Shown one piece after another: positions 12,389 through 27,554 of a stretch of DNA of 64,000 nucleotides. How positions within the stretch are numbered: position 1 is the stretch's first letter; each line of letters opens with the position of its first letter. The notes beneath the pieces are model-generated. The model did not search any database and was not told the origin of the DNA. It saw only the letters and a program-made list of their open reading frames with translations. Made by a program: the position numbers and the translations under genes. Origin of the DNA: the human T2T-CHM13v2.0 reference genome, Homo sapiens; NCBI RefSeq assembly GCF_009914755.1, contig NC_060932.1; one strand, written 5' to 3'.

Positions 12389-13494
12389 AGACATCACTTT
12401 CTTGGAGACTGTTCACAGGGGTATCCGTGGCCACTGTATTTGGATGTTTTCCCATTCAACTGTGGTATTAGCATGGAAAGAAAGATTACGTAGTTAACTC
12501 CTAAACTGCATGACAGAAGCCTGAGTGACTACTGGCTTTGGTTCCTACTCTATTTTAATAATTGATATTAGTTATTATTGATACTGTCCAAGGATACTCA
12601 CTTGCATTTTTCCCACTGTAATATGTTAAAAAACACTAAAGCACTGACAGGCACTTAGGCAGGCAATGATAGTGAGTAAAGTTGACCCTAGTGGGATGTT
12701 GAGAACTGGGGGGTTCAGGACCCCTCTGAGAAGACAGCCATCATTAGGGCTTACTGGCTTGTTGACCTGTCTTAACAAGAGCTGAAAGATTTTTTCCAGA
12801 ACCCCTATAATTTTATATTTGTATATGAAATCTCTCAATTTTTAGATGCTGGCAACTAATTTTAAAAAATGGAAATCCATTCCACTTAATTTTAACTTTG
12901 GGCTTTACTTAGCCCTAGGGCAACCAGTTTAAACCTCTGCTCTAGTGATATGAGCCAGGCAATCTCTTTGGAAATTGATTTCTCTCCCTGAGGAAATAAC
13001 AGACTCCTCTGCACTTGGAAAATGTTATAATTTGTGTTCAATGCAGCATTGCAAAATTACAGGGGGGATAATTTTTATTTGTAATGTTCAAAGGACATAC
13101 GACAAAGAATAGAATGTTTTGAAAATAATTTTAAATGGTATTCAATTAAGGAAAGTAACTAAGTTAGAAATTGAATGGCTGTCCTTAAAACATTCATTTA
13201 TTGTTAAGCTTTCGTGACCCCAATCTGGGTTCTCCCCCTACCCCCACTCTCTACCCTACCTGGTATTTAGCCTTTTCAGAATTTGTCAAAACCCAAATGC
13301 TGGAGTGTAGGATGAAGAAAGAGGAGAATAATAAGGGGCTTAGGCAGCAAAATTAATTCACCACCCTTTAATTTTAACTGGAGTGTGTCTCTTCTTCACT
13401 CAGACCTTCTATTGATTACAACTTTTGAATAATGCAAGTTCAAAATATAGGGAAGTTTAATTTAGTTGTCCAGTGATATTTTTAAGAGAGAGAA

Positions 13495-13805
13495 GCTGGG
13501 CACAGTAGTTCATGCCTGTAATCCCGGCATTTTGAGAGGCTAAGGTGGGAAAATCACAAGCCCACGAGTTTGAGACCAGCCTGGGCAACACAAGGAGACC
13601 CCATCTCTACACAACATTAAAAATAAAAAAACAATTAGCTGGGCATGCTGCTCGCCTGTGTTCCCAGCTACTTGGGAGGCTGAGGAAGGAGGATTGCTTG
13701 AGCCGGGTAGTCGAGGCTGGATTAAGCTGAGAATGTGCCACTGCACTCCAGCCTGGGCCACAGAGTGAGACCCTGTCTCAAAAAAAAAAAAAAAAAAAAA
13801 AAAAA
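13495..13805 (+). mobile_element. AluJ
   Basis: Diverged dimer with long A tail. Confidence 0.88.
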
Positions 13806-14374
13806 GGAAAAGAAAAAAAATGAGAGTCTGAGATTCTGTTGTGCCTGGGAAAATGTGATCTAATTTTCAGATAATCTTTTAAACCCCAACTATGAACCAG
13901 CCCAGCATAGTACTTTCATCATTCAACAAATATTTACTAAACCCTAGAAAAGTCAGGGTATTGGGCAAAACTAAAATAAACATGAAGAGGGCACTTGGTG
14001 GAGACAGCTCTGTTAATAGCGCTCTGTAAGGAGCTCCATGGAGGGCTTGGACGTACTGAATTCTTAGTCCTGATTTGATAAATCAACCAGCATGCTTTCC
14101 TGAGATACTTACTATATTGACAGTAGGAATTCCTTTTAAAGGCTATTTTATTTAAAGTCATCAGCTCAAGGCCTCCCTGCCAGAAAATGAACCCAAAAGT
14201 TCTGGCTTCCAGCCCCAACATCCATTTGGTCTTTACCAAGGACAGCTCTGATTCTTTCGTGTGTCCCCTGACTACACAAAAATCAAACAAGTGGAAAGTA
14301 AAACATTGTGATCACTTTTTATTTCATAAAAGCAACTAGGCTACTTTCCCATTGAATTAGCTAGTTTAAATGGC

Positions 14375-14660
14375 ATGGTAAAATATACATAATATAAAAT
14401 TTACCATTTTAACCATTTTTAAATGTCCAGTCTAGTAGCATTAAGTACAGTGCATTCACGTTATTGTGTGACGATCACCGTTATCCATCTCCAGAACTTT
14501 TTCATCATCCCCACCTGAAGCTCAACAATAAACTCCTCTTTCTCCCCTTCCCCCAGCCCCTGGTAACCATTATTTCACTTGCTGTCCCTAGGAATTTGAC
14601 TATTTTAGGTATGTCCTATAGGCAGAATCATACAACAGTTGCCCCTTTGTGTCTGGCTTA
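14375..14660 (-). mobile_element. L1MB-like 3' fragment
   Basis: aaaatttaccattttaaccatttttaa...ccagaactttttcatcatccc motif. Confidence 0.65.
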
Positions 14661-14689
14661 TAATGGTTAAATATTTTCTTTCTTTCTTT

Positions 14690-15017
14690 TTCTTAACAAG
14701 TTTATATCTATATCTATATCTATCTATATATTTTTCCAGACACGATCTTGCTCTGTTAGCCAGGCTAGAGTGCAGTGGTGTGACCATAACTCACTGCAGC
14801 CTCAAACTCCTGGGCTCAAGTGATCCTCCCACCTCAGCCTCTGGAGTAACTAGGAGTACAAATGGGCATCATCATGCCTGGCTAACGTTTGTATTATTTG
14901 TAGAGATGGAGTGTCGTCATGTTGCCCAGGCTCTTCTTGAACTCCTGGGCTCAAGCGATTCGCCTGCCTCTGCCTTCCAAAGTGCTGGGATTACAGGTTG
15001 AGCCACAGTGCCTGGCC
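14690..15017 (-). mobile_element. AluJ
   Basis: Reverse Alu with (TATATC)n tail. Confidence 0.88.
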
Positions 15018-15458
15018 AACTTTTTTTTTTTTCAATGAAGCATTTTTGTCTTTGCTTGTTGATCTGTAAGTATTATGTATATTAGGGATATTAGCCATGT
15101 GCCATTCCTTATACAAATATTTTTACTAGTATGTCATCTGCCTTTCAAGCTTATTAATTTATGATAAAAATTAACAAGCTTCAAACAAAATTTAAAGGTC
15201 TTACTTATTTGTTCTTTTCAATTATTAACTAGGAGTTTACTTAAGTAGTTTTTCCTATAGGGCTTGACCCCAGAAAGGCGAAGACACAAATTTAATTTAC
15301 AAAACAGGTCATTTACTAGATAGGGTTTTTGGCTTTATTTTTAGTTATACATTTTATTATGTACTCAAAAAATATTCTAGCTGTCTTATTTTTCTCTCTC
15401 CCCTAGTATCACATATAGATGCCTTGCTTAGAGTGAGGCCTCTATAAAAGCCTGCTGT

Positions 15459-15790
<332 letters not shown>

Positions 15791-16390
15791 CTAGCAGAGA
15801 TCTAAGGGCACCGAGTTTTTAAGAAATGTTTTGACTTAAATTTTCTGTAAGTGCAATATATGTATGTGTGCAGATATATATCCATTAATACTAATAAATC
15901 AATCCTGGAAAATCTGTGAGGTTTTCAAGAGCTACGTACAATGCTAAGATGGCTATTTTCAGCCTTTCACCTTGTCAGTAAAAAAGAATGGACTCACTCA
16001 TGAGTTTATTTCCACTAAGGAGACGTTTTGTGCTCATTTGAACTGTATGTTGCTCTTTCTTTCTGGTGGATTGGTCCTAAAATAAGATGCTATGGGGTGG
16101 GTTCGGGCAATTGCCTGGAAAATAAAGCACAGTTCCCTTTCTTCGCTGCTAACTACAGCATGATGGCCATTCTAGAGCTATTTCTGGAAACCCCTACACA
16201 GCTCCAGATCATTAACTTACTTTAATAGTCAGCAGGAGAATGGAGCTGCCGTCTATCTTCCAAGATTGGCTTTTCATGTGTAACTAACTCAATTATCTCT
16301 TATTGATTCAGTTGAATTAAGCTGGACTTTGGGGGAACTGCAAGGCAACGAATTACACATTTTAAAAAATAGACCTAGCAACAAGGCTTA

Positions 16391-16765
16391 TGATATGGTT
16401 AGATTTTGTGTCCCCACCCAAATCTCATCTTGAACTGTAATCCCCAGGTATTTAGGGAGGCACCTACTGGGAAATGATTGGATTACGGGGGTGGTTTCTC
16501 CATGCTGTTCTCGTGATAGTGAGTGAATTCTCACGAGATCTGATGGTTTTATAAATGGTAGCTTTTTCCCACACTCATACATACACAGTCGCTCCTGCCG
16601 CCTTGTGAAGAAGTTACTTGCTTCTGCTTCAGCTTCCGCCATGATTGTAAGTTTCCTGAGCCTTCCCCAGCGGCGGCGAACTGTGAGTCAATTAAACCAC
16701 TTTCCTTTATAAATTACCCAGTCTTGGGTATTTCTTTATAGCAGTGTGAAGAACGGACTAATACA
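16391..16765 (+). mobile_element. THE1D-like MaLR solo LTR
   Basis: TGATATGGTT...tgtgtccccacccaaatctcatcttgaa start, gaacggactaatACA end; 5-bp TSD gctta/actta. Confidence 0.88.
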
Positions 16766-17256
16766 ACTTACGAGTTGTGAAAGACTAATATTTGAGGATT
16801 TATCAGTAGAGAAAGGATTAGATCTGATCTCTATTATACAGATTTTCTGTTCCTGAACAAACAGCTATTTCTCTACTGGTTGTCATCTTTTAGACGGTTA
16901 ACAAAATAAATATATTAAGGCAAAAACAACACAGAGGATTAGAAAAGTCTGCTAAATTTCATAACCGAGTTCTCCAGATATCTGAATCTCTAATAATAAA
17001 AATAAAAATCTAGCTATATAGTGCTTACTTAGGCTACATCATAACACTATGATATAAGAAGGTTAAAAGTAAAAGGAAAATTAGGATAACTACATATTTA
17101 TGAGAAATAAAAGTTTTTAATTCAAAAAAGACTTTAAGTGGTAAAGAGGGTTATTACACAACACTAAAAAGTTTATTTAACTAAAATAGGGAAAGAAAAC
17201 TATTCTGAACCCATGTACCCCTAACAAAACCTCAAAATATACAGAGTAAAACTGGC

Positions 17257-17549
<293 letters not shown>

Positions 17550-17772
17550 GGCAGAATTAGAGGGAGAAACTAACCAATATCATATTGGTGGATGCAAGCC
17601 CAATAAAAACGTTTTAATGATCATGTATAGATATCTGTATCCATCAGTTAGAACATACACATTTTCAAAGCTACTGATATTAAGAACAAACAAAAAACAA
17701 AAGCACTGACCATATACTAAACCATCAATTAAATCTCAGCAAATTTCAAATAGGTGGTATGATACTGACCGC

Positions 17773-19463
<1,691 letters not shown>

Positions 19464-20472
19464 GGCCACATTCTCTGACCAAATGCAATAAATTAAAAAT
19501 CAAAAACAAAAGTATTTATAAATTATAAATACTTTCATTTATAATTTGAAAAAGTACTAAATATCTCATGAACTGAGGAGAAATCATACTGAAAATTTTA
19601 AAATTCCAAATGATAGTGAAAGTAGTACCTATTTAAACTTATGAGAGATAGCAGAGCCAGTATCTGATGAAACATATAAGCTTAATTGCTTATATTAGCA
19701 AAGAAGAAAGTCTAAAAACTAAGCACCCAGTTCAGAAAAAGCACAAAAGAATAAAAAAGCAAAACAAAGAATTTAAAAATAAAAGAACATAAATAAAATT
19801 AGACAAAAGATATAACTGGGCATAGAAAACATACAGTGAATAAACGTATACTAAGTTTATACTTTAAAATGCTAAGTTCTCCATGAGAACTCGTGTATAT
19901 TTCTCATAGAAAGGTGTGTTACTACAACTTCTTAAGAAAAATTTTACATTCACATTAAAGCTAAACACTAATTATGCTATGATCTAGCAATTCTACTCTA
20001 AGGGATGTACTAGGGAAACTGTTTCTTTAGAGAAACTCCAAACAACTAAAAATATCTACAGCAGCATTATATTAGGAAAAACTGGAAATAATCCAAATGT
20101 CCATCAACTGAAGAATAGATCTTTAAAAATTGTATATTTTCACAGTGGAATATTACACAGCAGTGAAAATAAATGAGCATAGCTACATGCAACAACGTGG
20201 ATAAATCTTTGAAACAATGTTGAATGAAATATAAAAGCTAAAAATAAAGAGCTTACATAATTTTCAATTTAATAAAATATGAAGGGAATATAAGATCAAT
20301 ATTCAGGATTATGATTTCCTCTGACGCAAGCCAAGGAAACTGGTTAGGGAAGAGCATGGGGGTAACTTTAACAGGAAAGAATATTCTAGTTCTTCATTGC
20401 GTGGTGGGTTAATGGTGTTGTATTATTGTGCCTCATAATGTATATATCATAGTCTCTTAAAATATACTGTAG

Positions 20473-20763
20473 GGCCGGGCGCAGTGGCTCATACCTGTAA
20501 TCCCAGCACTTTGGGAGGCTGAGGCGGGTGGATCACAAGGTAGATCGAGACCAGCCTGGCCAACATTGTGAAACATCGTCTCTACCAAAAACACAAAAAA
20601 ATTAGCCGGACATAGTCGTGTGTGCATGTAGTCCCAGCTACTCGGGAGGCTGAGGCAGGAGAATCACTTGAACCCGGGAGGTGGAGGCCGAAGTGAGACT
20701 AGACTGTGCCACTGCACTGCAGCCTGGGCAACAGAGCAAGACTCCATCTCAAAAAAAAAAAAA
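20473..20763 (+). mobile_element. AluS
   Basis: TSD aaaatatactgta / aaaatacactgta. Confidence 0.9.
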
Positions 20764-22183
20764 ATACACTGTAATACGTAATAGTTGTAGTAATATCACA
20801 CTGATATTTTGCTTATGTTTTAAAAGGACTCTTTTTTTTTAATCAGTACTAGTTACCCTCTATTGTAGTGTTATTATTGAAAAGTTCCATAACTAGTGAG
20901 CTAGTGATACTAAAAATAATAACTTTTTAATATCTAAATTTGTAAGTTATTAGAAATAATCACCAAATTGGCCCTATTTTCTTCTTTGTATTGTCAAAGC
21001 CAAATAATATTAATATTATTAATAATAATAGTAGTCATAGTAATTTGATCTGTAAAGGAATAGCTACTTTCCAATATTAATATCAACTTTATTATTATAT
21101 GGCATCTTACACAGGGAGCTTCCATATTTATTTCAGTTCTGTGTTTTTAAAAAGTTGACATCATTACTATTGCTTGTGCTATTAGAATGCTTAAAGTTGA
21201 GAGGATAAAGTCCAAGATAAGAGTTATGGCAAGGTTTATAATATTCTTCACAGAAAGTCACAAGGAAAAGCAAACCAGGAAATTTAATTTAGAAACCAAA
21301 GGACACTTCTGGTTAGTGTTGACTTGACTGGGCCCGAATAGAGCTCTGTTTCTAAATAATGCTTTGACATCTGCATGGCATTTAGGAAGAATGAAGGAAT
21401 GCTGACTAATGTAGTATAAATTTTAAATCTCTCTGGGATGATCAATCTAAATTTAGGCAAGTGGAAGACAAAAGCTTCTCTAAACCGTGTTGAAAATGAA
21501 ATCAATCAGCTCACAATGTATATATATTTTTCTTCATTTGCCCTGGTTTGTCTAACTGTACCTAGGAACCATTCATCAGTAACAAAAAAATATTCTTTGT
21601 CCTTGCTAGGCCATTATAGAACTGAATCTATCAGCTGTATCATTTAGATTCTTCCTTAGAACCTAGTTTCTAAGTAAGACTGCCAGTCTCCTGGGGGAGC
21701 GAGGGATCTCACCCAAAACTCTGACCTAAATAAATCTCCACTACAAAACTGAAGATGAATGATGAATGAAGCACCAGTGAACTTCCCTAAATTAGTATGT
21801 GTGGATTTCTTTTTCCCCTTTTCAAGTGAATTGAGTATTTCTCTGTGCTAACAGCATTGGGGTCACATTCTTCTATCCCAGTAGCTTGTGTTCCTTCTCT
21901 CACTCATTTCGAATCTGAAAACTGGAAAAGAAAGTTCTTTCATACTGATTTTCAGATCTGTGGCTGATACTGACCATGTGAATCTGCATATTTCACAGTT
22001 CTGGAGCGGGCAGGCACTCTTATCTGGAATTTAAGTGTATAATGAAGCAGTTCTACTCCAACCAGGACCAAGGTTCGAACAGTACTGTCCAGCATGCTCT
22101 GAGCTTGAGAGTGTGGGATCTCAAGGTACAGCATACTTATTATTATTATTTTTTTTTTGGCTAGCCACAGAAAAGCATTTATT

Positions 22184-22470
22184 GGCTGGGCATGGTGGCT
22201 CACGCTTGTAATCCCAGCACTCTGGGAGGCCTAGGCGGGCGGATCATGAGGTCAAGAGATTGAGACCATCCTGGCCAACATGGTGAAACCCCGTCTCTAC
22301 TAAAAAGACAAAAATTAGCTGGGCGTGGTGGCAGGCGCCTGTAGTTCCAGCTACTCGGGAGACTGAGGCAGGAGAATGGCTTGAACCCGGGAGGCGGAGG
22401 TTGCAGTGGCAGAGATCGCACTACTGCACTCCAGCCTGGGCAACAGAGCAAGACTCCATCTCAAAAAAAG
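22184..22470 (+). mobile_element. AluSc-like
   Basis: Perfect TSD agaaaagcatttatt. Confidence 0.9.
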
Positions 22471-22595
22471 AAGAAAAGCATTTATTACTAACCTGAGATT
22501 TGACAACAAACCATTGTTGTATTCTTCCTCTCTATAGAAATGATGTACTGTTTTGTGTTGTGCTGTGTGTTGCATGTGTGTGATAAGATGTTTGA

Positions 22596-22975
22596 TTTTT
22601 TTTTTTTAATTTTAGGTCTGGGGTACATGTGCAGGTGACATAGGTAAACTTGTTACATAGGTAAACTCATATTCACAGGGGTTTGTTGTACAGATTATTT
22701 CATCACCCAGGAATTAAGTCCAGTACCCAATAGTGATCTTTTCTGCTCGTCTCCCTCCTCCTACCTCCACCCTCAAGTAGACCTCAGTGTCTCTTGTTCC
22801 CTTCTTTGTGTCCATAAGTTCTCATCATTTAGCTCCCACTTACAAGTGAGAACATGCAGTATTTGGTTTTCTGTTCCTGTTAGTTTGCTGAGGATAATAG
22901 CCTCCAGCTCCATCCACATTCCCGCAAAAGACAGGGTTCTGTTCGTTTTTGTGGCTGCATAGTATTCCATGGAGC
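22596..22975 (-). mobile_element. L1PA13/14-like 3' fragment
   Basis: Poly-T then ggtacatgtgcagg...tacagattatttcatcacccagg; minus ORF MEYYAATK...MELEAIILSKLT matches the ORF2 C-terminus. Confidence 0.85.
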
Positions 22976-23243
22976 ACACACAATTTTGATTTCGTGGCCA
23001 CTAACAGCTATGCAGGGCCTGTAAGGAGAAGCTGACCAACTAAATCCTGTGTATGTGTGTGTGTCTTTTACACAAATGGGACACAGGCATGCTGGCATTT
23101 CCTCCTTGGTAACATCTGCAGGCTTGAGAGGGTTGTTTTTGTTGTTGTTGTTGTTTTCTGTCTAAAAGCCTAACCTAAAGTTCTTAGGCTCTATGCTCTC
23201 CCTTCTCATTCTTCTATGCATTTACTTGACAGCAAACACCTAG

Positions 23244-23568
<325 letters not shown>

Positions 23569-25779
23569 AATAATATTTTTATGATACTGTTTGGAAATCT
23601 CTCAGCAGAATCAATCAAAATACAGAAGGCACAATCTCAATTCTATTATCCTGAGAGAGCTTAACTCAAGTAAACTTTCAAAACTCCTCCATTTGCCCTT
23701 CCTAGTTCACATCCCACCCTGGAATCAAGCTCTTTTTCCTAGCTCCTTGTTCATATATGAGCTCTGTTCTTTTCCTTCAATTTCTCTGAAATTTTAAAAC
23801 GGCAACTCTGGTGCCTCATTGTATTCTGGGCATTAATATTCTTCTCATTTCCTACCCCCAGAACTTGCTCTGAAGCAGTCTGTGTCTTTCCCTCGGACAA
23901 ACTATTTAACTCAACATCTTTTGTTGCTCCCTAGCCCTGTATTGAGCCAATCCCCTGCTAATTGTCAGGTCATAAAAATATAGTATTTGCCCTCTCTGTG
24001 TCTATTCCTCATCTCAGTCTATAAAATCTGATTAGGGTCCTTCTTCCTGGCTCTATCCCGACCCATCTGTACCTTCACTCTTCCTGCCCAAGCATGACCA
24101 ACATTAATATTTTTCACGTTCTCTTTTATAGTTGATGACATTCCCCCTATCTTCAGAAAGGCAAAGAGAACCTGTGTACTTGGCCAGCCTTAGGAGCAGT
24201 TGGAAGAACATCTGTACCTAAGAAAGAATGAGCTATAAACAAACTTTAGTCCCCACTGGTTAAGGCTGGAATAAAACAGGTGATTGTGAGACCAAAGCTC
24301 CATGAACAGCTCCTGGGGGCGTCAGGCCTCTTGTTTGCACTGGGTTGGGGAATACTTGCCTAAATGAATTACTCTCAAAATCCAAAACTGAGACTTCATT
24401 CTGCTGGTAACCACATACTTTGTTTAAAGAAATCTTCTCAAGGAAATAATAGGCGTTTCTCAAGATCTGTCAGCTCTGGGCCAGTATTACATCAGCCATT
24501 TGTCTCTGAAGGGTGTTGTATTGCCCATAAAACCGACACCACTTGAATGTCTTTTGTGGTCTGGGATGCATATATGTGTGTATGTGCGGGTGAATATATG
24601 TTTCTCCAGCCCTCTTAGACAGCTTAAAAGAAATGGAGAAGAAAGACAGCACTATGGGTTGCGTCTGGGGAGGCCCTGTGGCTTCTCACATTACATCTAT
24701 TTGTAATGCCCTTTTTTTATAAGAAAAAAGTTTAATGAGTGTTTTCTTTTAAAATTAAGTATTGCAATGGCTTGCCCAGCAGGCTTCATTATTCCTTTCA
24801 AGGTGTATTTTTTTTCTTCAAATTACATTAGACAGTGATTGGGAGATGGTAACTAATAATAAGGGTTTCATTGTCTCTCTTTTTTTTTCTTTGTCGCCAA
24901 TACTCTAATTACTCACTGTATTGCCCTTAACAAGGAGCTATGGATGAGCCATGGTGTGTAACCCTTATCATGTGACTCCCTGGTACAGACAGGGATTGTG
25001 AGACACATGACTGGCAGTAAACACAGAAGCCTGCGATGGCTTTAATATCCTCTTAGACAGAAGCATGACATATTAGTGGGGACTTCCTCCTTTGCAGGAA
25101 ACCAGGCCTCTGGCTATGGCTTTGTCTTTAACTCAGTCTTAGATCTTCATAAACACTTTCCCCCTGAACTCTAAAGGACCCGTGCTTTTCAGTAACAGTT
25201 TAATGTGCATGAAACAAAAACTCAGATAAAGGCTTCAAGCATAAAATCTCACTGAGGGGTCTGATTTCTCAAGATGCTTTCTACAAACAGACTTCACATC
25301 CAGAAAAATATTTCAACAGAGAACTTTCTTCCCTGGAGAAAATACTGGCCTTAAAAATGCATGAGCCTTCATAAGTAATAGTGAAGCTCAGATGTTTTAA
25401 AGAAATACAACTTGCTACATTCTATTAGGGACAGGTTGTAGTCAAGGCCCTCAGTGAAGTGTCTTGGATAAGAGATGTCTACAGATGGAACAGGGTAGTT
25501 GGGAGGTAATAACTAGGAATTACAGGAATTGGAACCATATGATGATGAAATATCTGGGGAAGTTGAATTACAAGAGGAGAATGTGAATCCTTATAAAACA
25601 CGGGTAAAGATCTGTGGGCAGATGTCTGAAGAAAGTGGACTCGAAAACATAAAACATATGATGTTTACATGGGAAGACTCAGCATTTACAGATGTCAGTC
25701 TTCCTCACTCTGTCAATTTAATGAATTACCAGTAAAAACACCAACAGCGAATTTTCAGCATAATGATAATACACATTCA

Positions 25780-25975
25780 GTACTATGTATGCACTTTTGA
25801 AGTGTTTTCAACTATTAGTCCCCACAACAATCTTATGATTATTAATATCACCGTTTTATGGATGAGGAATTTAGGCAGAATTTGAACAACTTGCCTAAGG
25901 TCATACAGGTGGTAAACAGTAGAACTGAGACTCCAACCCAGGGATTCAGGCTCTAAAGCCTCTGTGTGTGCTTAA
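25780..25975 (-). mobile_element. MIR
   Basis: ccgttttatggatgaggaa...aacttgcctaaggtcatacag core. Confidence 0.7.
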
Positions 25976-27079
25976 GTGTAATCTGCATTTTCAAATCAAT
26001 GGAATTAGTCAGTCTAGAAATGGACTGAAAAAGAAAAAAGAATTTAGATTTAATTGACTGTAGCTTTGCATATCAACGGAAGAAAAGAGAAATGATTAAT
26101 CAGTATCTGAGCTTGAGCTACCTTGATTGCCATCCAGAAACTAAAGAAGTTGACCCCAGCCTACTCTTTGCACCCAAGTATTTTTCAAATGTATCAAAGA
26201 TTTAAAAGTAGAAAACAAAATGAAAATGATGTGAAGAAAACCTGAGTGTCTGAAGGACAGGGGTTGGGGAAAGACTTTTTATTCCATACTATATTACACC
26301 TTTAAAATTTTATACCATTTACATTTATTGTCGGTAAAAGTTATTTTTTTTAAAAAAAGAAAGTGGTAAGGCTGCATAATGTATGTTATGAATAAATGCT
26401 GTTGCATTCAGACCCTGTTCCTGCAGGAACAGATCTCTGCGATTTATTCCATCCCAGAAAAATATGGTTGTGTTCTATCTATTGCTGTGTCATATTATGG
26501 ATTGCCCATTTTTTATAGTTTCATATTAATTGGACAGTATGAACTTCCCCTCCATGTTTACTAAATACAGTCTCAGGGTTGCTTTGAGTGCACAACTGTA
26601 CTTGTAAGTTTAGGCATGCTTTGTGGGGCACAGGTTGGTTCTTTAGACAAAGTCCAGAGCCTTCAAAAAGTGGCAGCAGTGCCAGGTTTTCCAAAGTCCG
26701 TAAGAAGTGTTCTGAAATGACCCAGAAGTTACCATCTAGTCATTGCTAATGGTGGTTAACAACTTTGCATGCTTCTCTTGATAGACACAAATCATTCTTT
26801 TTGGTTCACCTGCAAAGATTTTGGATTAAACTCTGTAATTCTGAGTTTATATAACCCAAAAAAATGACTCAATATGTTTGAATAATGTCAATGGTATCTC
26901 AATAAAGCTTTAATTAAAGCGTCTTTATTTAGTGGATTATGAATTATTCTTAGTTAATGAAGCAGTGGTTTTAATTTCCATGAAATATTGAGGCAACCTT
27001 TCCGAAGGTGTGCTAATGCCATTCAAATATAAGTTTTTAAAAATGAATGTTGTATTTTCTTTATGCTTAACAAATGGAA

Positions 27080-27325
27080 GCATGGGCAACGTGGAGAAAC
27101 ACCACCTCTACCAATAATAATAATAATAATAAAATTAGCCAGGGACAGTGGCTTGGGCCCATAGTCCCAGCTACTGGGGGTGGGTTGGTAGCTAAGATGG
27201 GAACAGCACCAGAGTCTGGGGAGGTCAAGGCTGAAGCAAACCATGATCTTGCCACTGCACTCTAGCCTGGGTGACAGACTGAGACCCTGTCTCTGGGGAA
27301 GAAAAAAAAAAAAAAAAAAAAAAAA
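27080..27325 (+). mobile_element. AluJ, 5'-truncated, with (AAT)n linker
   Basis: Alu right arm plus A tail. Confidence 0.8.
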
Positions 27326-27554
27326 GCAACCAACCATAACTTGGTCAATTATCTGAAAAGCTGCTGCCATTTTTGCCTTAGAGAATTAGTTGGTTAGAAG
27401 AATTTAAGTTTATGACTTAATGAAACTTTGTAACTACTTTGACCATAACAGACTTTAAGGTATATTTTCTTCTTAGCATGTTGCCTCCGCATATTTTCAT
27501 TTTCGCTTTGTGGAAATACCCTATGCTCTTCCTTAAAATTTTTAACATTCATAC